From contig CM007989.1 of the NCBI GenBank assembly GCA_002189035.1, positions 7,192,001 through 7,256,000 on the forward strand: 64,000 bases of DNA, read 5' to 3'. Under the pieces are notes generated by a model. The model was not told the origin of the DNA. It did not search any database and saw only the letters and a list, made by a program, of their open reading frames with translations. Each line of letters starts with the position of its first letter. Positions within the stretch are counted from its first letter, which is position 1. Positions 57,056-64,000 of the stretch are shown here, piece by piece. This DNA comes from Utricularia gibba (lineage: Eukaryota; Plantae; Magnoliophyta). The translations under genes were made by a program, and so were the position numbers.

Positions 57056-57971
57056 ATGAACGCCCCCGATCGCTACGAGCGATTTGTTGTTCCGGAGGGA
57101 GTTTCCAAGTACTCACTCTTTACTTACCTCCGCACTAATTTCCGATTTAGATTAGTTTGATTATGTGGAAGACGCGTGCCGTCCTTCGTTAGCATCCCTT
57201 CGCAGGAGCTCGAGCTTCGCGATGCGAATTTTTCTGATATGCGAACACTGACCCTGGAAGAATGGTATTTTCTGAGCAGGGTATCGTACGAGAGGGACAC
57301 GAAAATCATCAACGCGGCGTCGTTTACCATCGAGCGCGAGGATCACACCATCGGCAACATTCTCCGCATGTGCGCCTTCCATCTATACTTGATTTTCCAT
57401 CTTTCCGCGTTTCTAGGGTTTGAGTCCAGCACTGATTAAAAGCCCCGATCTGTCGAAACAGGCAACTGCACAGAGACGATAATGTGCTGTTCGCCGGTTA
57501 CAAGCTGCCTCATCCTCTTCAGTATAAAATCATCCTAAGGGTTGGTACTCCTGCCCTTTGATTTCCCTCTAGCTATTCGTATCTTCTCCCCAGTAATCTT
57601 TTACGCATGCTTTATATGATGCCTTCTTGCTTTTGCTTGTTGGTCTGCTTCTGATAGTAGGAGCTGCATAGTGGATGACTATGCTCTCAACGCTATTTTG
57701 CTTCCAAGAGTCTTACGCATGTTGAAGCAACCTGCCTAACGAACTCTTTATGGTGATGAAATGTCCAGGTCCACACGACGAGCCAGTCTTCGCCAATGCA
57801 GGCGTACAATCAGGCCATCAACGATCTGGACAAGGAGCTGGATCACCTCAAGAACGAATTTGAGGTATCACTGACTGCTTCAACGTGCATTATAATAGGT
57901 TTCAGATTGAATCTTCCTCTGCTAAACCCACCTCGCAGATGGAGTTGGCAAAACATGCGGGAAAGGCATAG
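57056..57971 (+). CDS. NRPB11: RNA polymerase II/IV/V subunit 11 (5 exons)
   Basis: [58 protein letters not shown] and [18 protein letters not shown]. Confidence 0.97.
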
Positions 57972-58486
57972 CCGGTGCACCATGAAAGAAGGCACACTTG
58001 CCCAATATCACTTGCTGCAAAATGGAGGACCGGATTTGTTGCTTGTAGTAGGGAAGTGTGGTTAGAACCAGCTGAATTCTCTTTTGCTGTAGTAGTTGCT
58101 GTCACTTTGTTTTAAGTCCTAGAGAAAAAAACCAAACATCATGGCATTTGGTCCTGGTCCTGGTCCTGCTCTGGGCGAGATCGGATCATCTCCAGACAGG
58201 CCAATCACCAACATTCATCTGGGGCACCATACGGGCATGCAGAGAAGGAATGAGACTAACACAAGCAACTTGGTAATCAATATTATGCCCAAAAGAAATA
58301 GCCATGGAATGTTGATCAACAATAGTGGAGCTAAGACTACCTACCGGAGGAGCAGCATTGCCTTGTAGTTTTTACCTAAGCAGGCTAGTCGACGTAACTG
58401 ATGCGCGAGGGTAGGAAAATTGCCGCCGATGGTGGATATGGCTCAACGGCTTTTTGATTTGCTCGTCTTCAGGTCTACTCTTTTTG

Positions 58487-60111
58487 TTAAGCATCAGGTG
58501 CGAGGTCTTTGTGAGAGGATGAGGGCATGGTGTTTCTGAGCTTTCCATCTCCAACCTGCTGCAGCTGCAGCTCTTGACGCTGTAATGATAACTGAGGGAG
58601 CTGCTGCTGTTGCTGAAACGGGTGGAGCTGATGCGGCTGAAACTGCTGCGGCTTCTTCTGAGGGTGAATCTGGAGTTGCTGTAGTTGTTGGGCCGTCAGC
58701 AGCGTGTGCATGGCATGATTGTTGCCGAAATATTGCTGGTTAGCGCCGAAGGATGCGGATAGATTCATCACGTTTCCACCATTCGCAATTGTTTGGCCTG
58801 TCAACACTTTCAGATGATGGATCTCTTCCTTCAATGCATCGTTCAATGCTGCATTCCAAGAATAAAGCATCAGATGGCATCGCATTGCTTCCTAGATTTT
58901 CCAGAATTTACAAAACCTACCATCTTGCAAGTGCACTTGCTGTTCCATTGTTTGCAGACGTAGCTTGAGTTCACTATTTTCAGCGGTGAGTCCACTAGTA
59001 TCTCTCTGTTGAAGAAAAAAATAATTAACAGACAGTTGTCAAGAAGTGAGTGGAGAAAGCTAACAATTTGTCCCAAGTTGTTATGGGGTGTGTGTTCCCA
59101 ACAGAAGCCACTAAAAATCAAAGTTAAAAACGTTGGAGAAAAAATAGTCGGATAACCTGCAGCAAGGTCAGTTGAGCAGATAGGGAAGTAGCTTCTGTTT
59201 GCAATGTCTGCACTTTCCTTTCAAGCTCTGCTATGTACCTCATCTTCCTTTCCTTGGACCGAGCGGCTGACTGCCTATTTGCCCATATCCTGCAACAAGA
59301 GAAGTGAGGGACATCCACCACAACACCAAATGCATTGAAAAGGAAAGGGGTTGTGGTGCTGATGAGTTCGATTTCCTATATGATCGGCTATGGTGTGAAA
59401 ATGATACCTCTTAGCACGCTTTGGATCAATGAGAGCAAGCTCGGCAAGCTTGGCAGCAGAAACGGCTTTCTTTGTGTCAGCAGGAGATATATCCTCGGAA
59501 CCTGACATCAGCATCTCTGGTTTGATACTAGTTGATCCATCCATTGATTGACTATGCTGATGCCTAATTCTGGGTTTTTCGCTTAATCCAGAAGCTACAT
59601 TGTCCAGAGACTGGCCGGATATTGGAATAGTAGGAGTAGATGCATTGCCCAGTTCTGCAGCAGAAGACGAAGATTCACCTATGTGGAGTGCAGAAGTTGC
59701 AGATGCAGAATTCAGCTTATCCATATCCAGAAACATAGAAAACATATCTTCATCTGTTTCATCAGAAAAAGACGGTCCTTCAAATCCACCAACAACACCA
59801 AGATCACTGTCAAAGCTAATATCATCTGGCAGGGTGATAATCTCTGAATGTGCACGTCGATGCCCCATTTTCTTGGGTGGATTATCAGGCATCTGGCTGA
59901 TGTCATGACTGAAATGGCTAGAAACTGAATTCATGCCATGGCCAAAATGACCCTGATCAGAGGAGCTGCCTGGTCCCAACGGTGGAAGATTGGATTGTCC
60001 CAACTGCTCAGACTTCACACCGTAACTACTGCCAGGCGGTGAGAAAACAGAGTATCTCCCCAATGGTGGCAACAAGCTATTGCTCCCGTGATGAGATTTG
60101 TCCTTCTCCAT
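58487..60111 (-). CDS. POSF21: Group I bZIP transcription factor, PosF21/bZIP59-like (4 exons)
   Basis: [82 protein letters not shown] and a Gln-rich tail. Confidence 0.9.
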
Positions 60112-61112
60112 TAATCAAAATCTCCAAAAACCTAACAATTTCGAATCACTCGATGACTTAAATTCTGCTGTCAACCCAACGTACACAAAAGGCATCTGCA
60201 TTGCAACATGAAACACAGCAAGAAACATCAACGGAAAATCAACACAAATGGAAAAGTTATAAAACGAACAGCCACGCAAAGTAGGAAGAGCCCCAATTTC
60301 TATTTCCACTAGATTAACCAGTACAACAGCGTCATATACAAAAAGTTGCGATTCAAAACCCTACGAAAAACGCCAAGGAATTAAAGAAATCAACAGTAGA
60401 TCAAATAGCAACAAAGAAACAAATACAGAAATCCAGAAAAAAAATCACGACACTCAACGAGACAGACTCCATCGAACACCAAATAAGAGAAGAAAGCGGT
60501 AGTGCACGAAACTTGAGAAGCATATGACACCACGTTCAACGTCCATCTACCGACCACGTCTCGGATTTCAGATCTCCGATGAGAATTAACTAAGATCAGA
60601 TTACTCAACTTCACCAAACAGTAAGACAGCTCCACGAACAATTACAAAAAGAAAAGAGGAAAGAAATGACATCGCAGAATCCATAAAAAAGGCACTTACA
60701 GAGCATAAGTTGGCGAATGAACTGCGAATCGGATTTCAGATCTCGGAATAGAATCGGATGGATGGAGACCTGACACAACAGTCACAGAATCCGAATGGCG
60801 ATCCACACAAGAAACGGAGAGGAAGCCGGAAGAGGAGAAGAACACCGCAGCAGCAGGAGCAGCAGCAGCGGCAACAAACCCCAGAGCGAGTGATGGAGAT
60901 TTGATTTGATGTGCACACGCAACAATTACAATAAGGAGCCGAAAAATGAAATGAATGGATTGAAGTAGCCATCCGATGATTATATTAATTAATATTTAAT
61001 AATAGCCATCCCCCACTCCATTTATGCGCCTAATTTGACATTACAATAATAATAATTATTATTATTAAATCTCTCAATTCTAAATTATTATTTCGCACTG
61101 TTTTAATAATAA

Positions 61113-61364
61113 TTAAAACGAATATACATTGGCTAAAAAAAACTCCACAAAAAAACAATCAAATCCGAAGCATCGTACCACCGCACATGCTACAACCCTA
61201 CAACTCGACGCAGCTACCTGCAACGCTAACCGCCAAATTGCCTGCCGGAGAACGCAACCGCCGTTGCGTCTTCTGCGAAACGCAAAGCTCTCAGCATCAT
61301 CGCAACTGCTGAACACAGAGAGAATCAGGAGGAGGAGCAAGTGAAGCACGCCGATCAAATGCAT
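61113..61364 (-). CDS. Candidate small secreted Cys-containing peptide (or relic of one)
   Basis: TATAAAA at 61456-61450, a CT-rich leader, then MHLIGVLHLLLLLILSVFSSC (signal-like), RRRR and several Cys. No family is firmly recognised. Confidence 0.3.
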   Translation of the reverse strand: MHLIGVLHLLLLLILSVFSSCDDAESFAFRRRRNGGCVLRQAIWRLALQVAASSCRVVACAVVRCFGFDCFFVEFFLANVYSF

Positions 61365-61941
61365 TGGAAACTGGAAGCTAGAATTGGGTGATGGAATGGG
61401 GAGAGGGCAATCGGAAGTAGGGTATAAAAATGGGTAAAGAAACCTGCTTTTTTATAACGAGTCAACACCTGTACTGCTGATCATTACGAGGCACGATACG
61501 GAGATGAAAGCAACAGTCTCTAGCAGAAATGGCCACCCAGACAAGGAGCAAGGATGAGTTGGAGAACGGGAAAAAAGAAGAAATTTTGGAAATGCCAGTA
61601 ACTGGCTGCATGGATCAGCTCTCTATACATTCCTGATTTCAACACTATCAAAATGCCATCACTTTCTTGCTCAATGGATGACTCTAATTACTCATGAGGT
61701 GGATGGTCTAGAAAACAATAAAGGTATTCACACAGTTTAAATGTCCTAACCGGAAGGAGAAGAGGAAAGGATCATCACGTTGGCAAATAGTTGAACGCAA
61801 ATGAGAGTATTTTTGATGGGTGGTTTTGGAAAGAATGAAGAGTGCTGTATCCACACATCCCCTCCACGAAGCATGCATGTCTATGTAAGGAAAAAATTCA
61901 CAGAAGGAAGAAGCAGGAATTACCTAGATCATACTCCATGA

Positions 61942-64000
61942 TCAGCTGCTTGCACCCTGGCCTGGTTGATTACTAGAAGGTTGCTGTATTTTGGATAGGA
62001 GATTAGCAGCAAGCAGAAGTGTCGACTTGTAACGTTCATTTTTATCTGCTTCAGATTCAGCACCCTCCTGTGCCACAAGTGGAGAGGTCTGGTTTGATTT
62101 TGTAATGTTTTCAGAGTACAGCGGGGTATACTGCTGTGGCAATGAAATGCCTCCACTAACAGGAGCTTGATTTGACAATCCCATAGGATACGCAGGCTGT
62201 TGAGTATAGGATGAGTTATACAATATTTGAGCATCCGTTCGATCATCTTGAGCTGCAGGGACAGAACCAATATGTAATGGATTTGAAGCTGGCTGAGAAA
62301 TAGACGATGCTACGCTATGCGTCAAGGCCGTGGAGCGCTCATCAATTTGGTTATATGAATACATAGGCATGTTGAGCTGGTTGGCAGAACTTGAAACCGC
62401 AGGAGCCTGGGCAACTTGCAGATGTTGAAACTGCGAGCCAAACTGCTGTTCATGATGCCAATGGCCTGTATTAGGCTCAACTCCAGAGGCAGCATTTGGT
62501 GTTGCAACAGGCACTGAGGAATTATGCTGCAAACTGGAAGTGTTTTTAACTGGCAGCAAGGAAGATAATGTGGCAATGAGCTCAGGCGTCAGTGATATGC
62601 CAACTTGGGATCCTGCTGTAGTTGTGGAGACTGGTTGTGCAGGTAACAATCCAGAGACAGGAAGAGGAGCCCTTGGAGGGACTGTGGCCTCCTCTACCGG
62701 AGCCTGAATAGAATTGAAGGATACAGGCCTTTCTTCAGAAGGAAAATTGGCATAACCCCTTTGCAGCTTTGTCATGTTACGTGGATCAGACTGTGAAAGA
62801 CGGAAAGGTTGCGGGTTTACGGACATAACATCAGGCACCGCCGGAGGGAACTTTAAAACAACCCCATACAGGCGTTCAGGGCCAGAAACCTTGAGCACCT
62901 TCGACAGAAAAGTAGATGGAGGTACCAAGAAAAGTGTGGTGCCATCATCAAACTTAGCAACTCCAGCCCGATCATTTGAGCCAAGATATCTCAGGAACTC
63001 TGTATATGAGGCGAAGTCGTCCTCACTGTCAGGCAGGAAGAAAACAACGTCGAATCCTATTGCATCCTCATAATGCTTGGCGAGTAGATCCAAACCAGTT
63101 CGTGCAGAGCAGTTAACCATCTTTGGACTGAAATACAAAAGAGGTTCATAGGTCATACGAGCATACACAATAAAATATTGAGGCGGGACAGGTTAAAGGA
63201 AGCTTTTTCTGTGGGGGCAGATACCATCTGCTATAAAAGAAAATCGTGTGGTGTGCCGGGGCTTGGGGAAGAGTTGAGAAAACTGCATAACCATGTGATA
63301 AGCCCAACTACGGATAACTAGACATCTTCTCTGACAAGTTTTGCTTGCCAGAAAGGGAAAAAAAAGAGTAAATAAAGTATAAAGACAGCAGCTGTAGTAC
63401 TTACATATCAGAATCCAGCCCTTCTCCAATGGCAACACATCTAGCATGGCAAACAGGTGTACCACCCTTCGCAATTAGACCACGCCATATGCAATCACCA
63501 TCAGAGTGGCGTCTTCTAGGTGCAACCATAGAACTTAGAGATTCGATATTATTTGGTGGATAAGAGCCATATTCCCCATCCACAGCTCCAGGAGAGGCAG
63601 CTTCAACCCTAACCCTTTTAGGATCCCTGCTGAGCAGGTTAGCCTCATGGACATCCCATAACCAGATGCAGGTCTTTTTGACACGTTAAACCCGAGTTTT
63701 GCAGAGCCAGCTATTCCATTAGTGGGAGAAGCTCTCCAGTTTGCTTCCCCCATTAGCAACTGGGGCCCACCGTTTTGCAATTTATGAGCAGCTGCTAAAT
63801 CGAGAAATTCCTGACCATGAAGGGGAGGTTTAAAGGCCCCTGGGACATCAAAGTTGACTGCACATACACATCAGGCTCATGGATCCCAAGGGGTAGAAGA
63901 CCAGGGTTGTTTCCCTGGGGAATAATTCGATTGAGAGCAAAAAGATCAACCTGGCCTGGTTGAATTGGATATTCACTAATTGGACCCCTTGCAAAAGGCT
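61942..64000 (-). CDS. FPA: Flowering-time RNA-binding protein FPA, 3' part (SPOC domain); 5' end outside the window; two -1 frameshifts as assembled
   Basis: [57 protein letters not shown]...[19 protein letters not shown], and C-terminal [14 protein letters not shown]. Intron 63404-63128. Confidence 0.93.

Noticed and set aside
61170-61215. RALF-like reading (RGCS...RC) of the 61.2-kb ORF
   Set aside because: The YISY motif and RALF Cys spacing are missing.

Overview
Plant nuclear DNA from a eudicot with an unusually compact genome. It holds about 25 spliced or single-exon protein genes in 64 kb (about 1 per 2.6 kb), with short GT-AG introns and short AT-rich spacers. I found no intact transposon ORF, rRNA, tRNA or CRISPR array. 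The density is compatible with a miniature genome such as Utricularia or Genlisea, but that is inference only. Recognisable genes in order: GPI-anchored At3g06035-type protein, two tandem F-box/PP2-B genes, mevalonate kinase, a plastid-type membrane protein, plastid RPL24, class I formin, kinesin-14, ILR3-like bHLH, GAUT12, ATG18f, BET3, penta-ubiquitin, DUF4477/NEPRO-like, an AT-hook/MNM1-like gene, MKK6, SEC23, fructokinase, BBX24, NRPB11, PosF21-like bZIP and the 3' part of FPA. I did not find a new multi-gene system. The main results are: (1) gene relics the ORF track hides, decaying by deletion: an NDR1 immunity gene and an IPMS gene, each with its middle removed, plus a probable GOLVEN/RGF root-peptide gene and, more weakly, an EPF-like peptide; (2) two U12-type minor-spliceosome introns; (3) six single-base losses in short homopolymers inside conserved genes. 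These six look like assembly errors, so any one-base frameshift in this window needs read-level confirmation. All family assignments come from my recognition of motifs; no database search was run.
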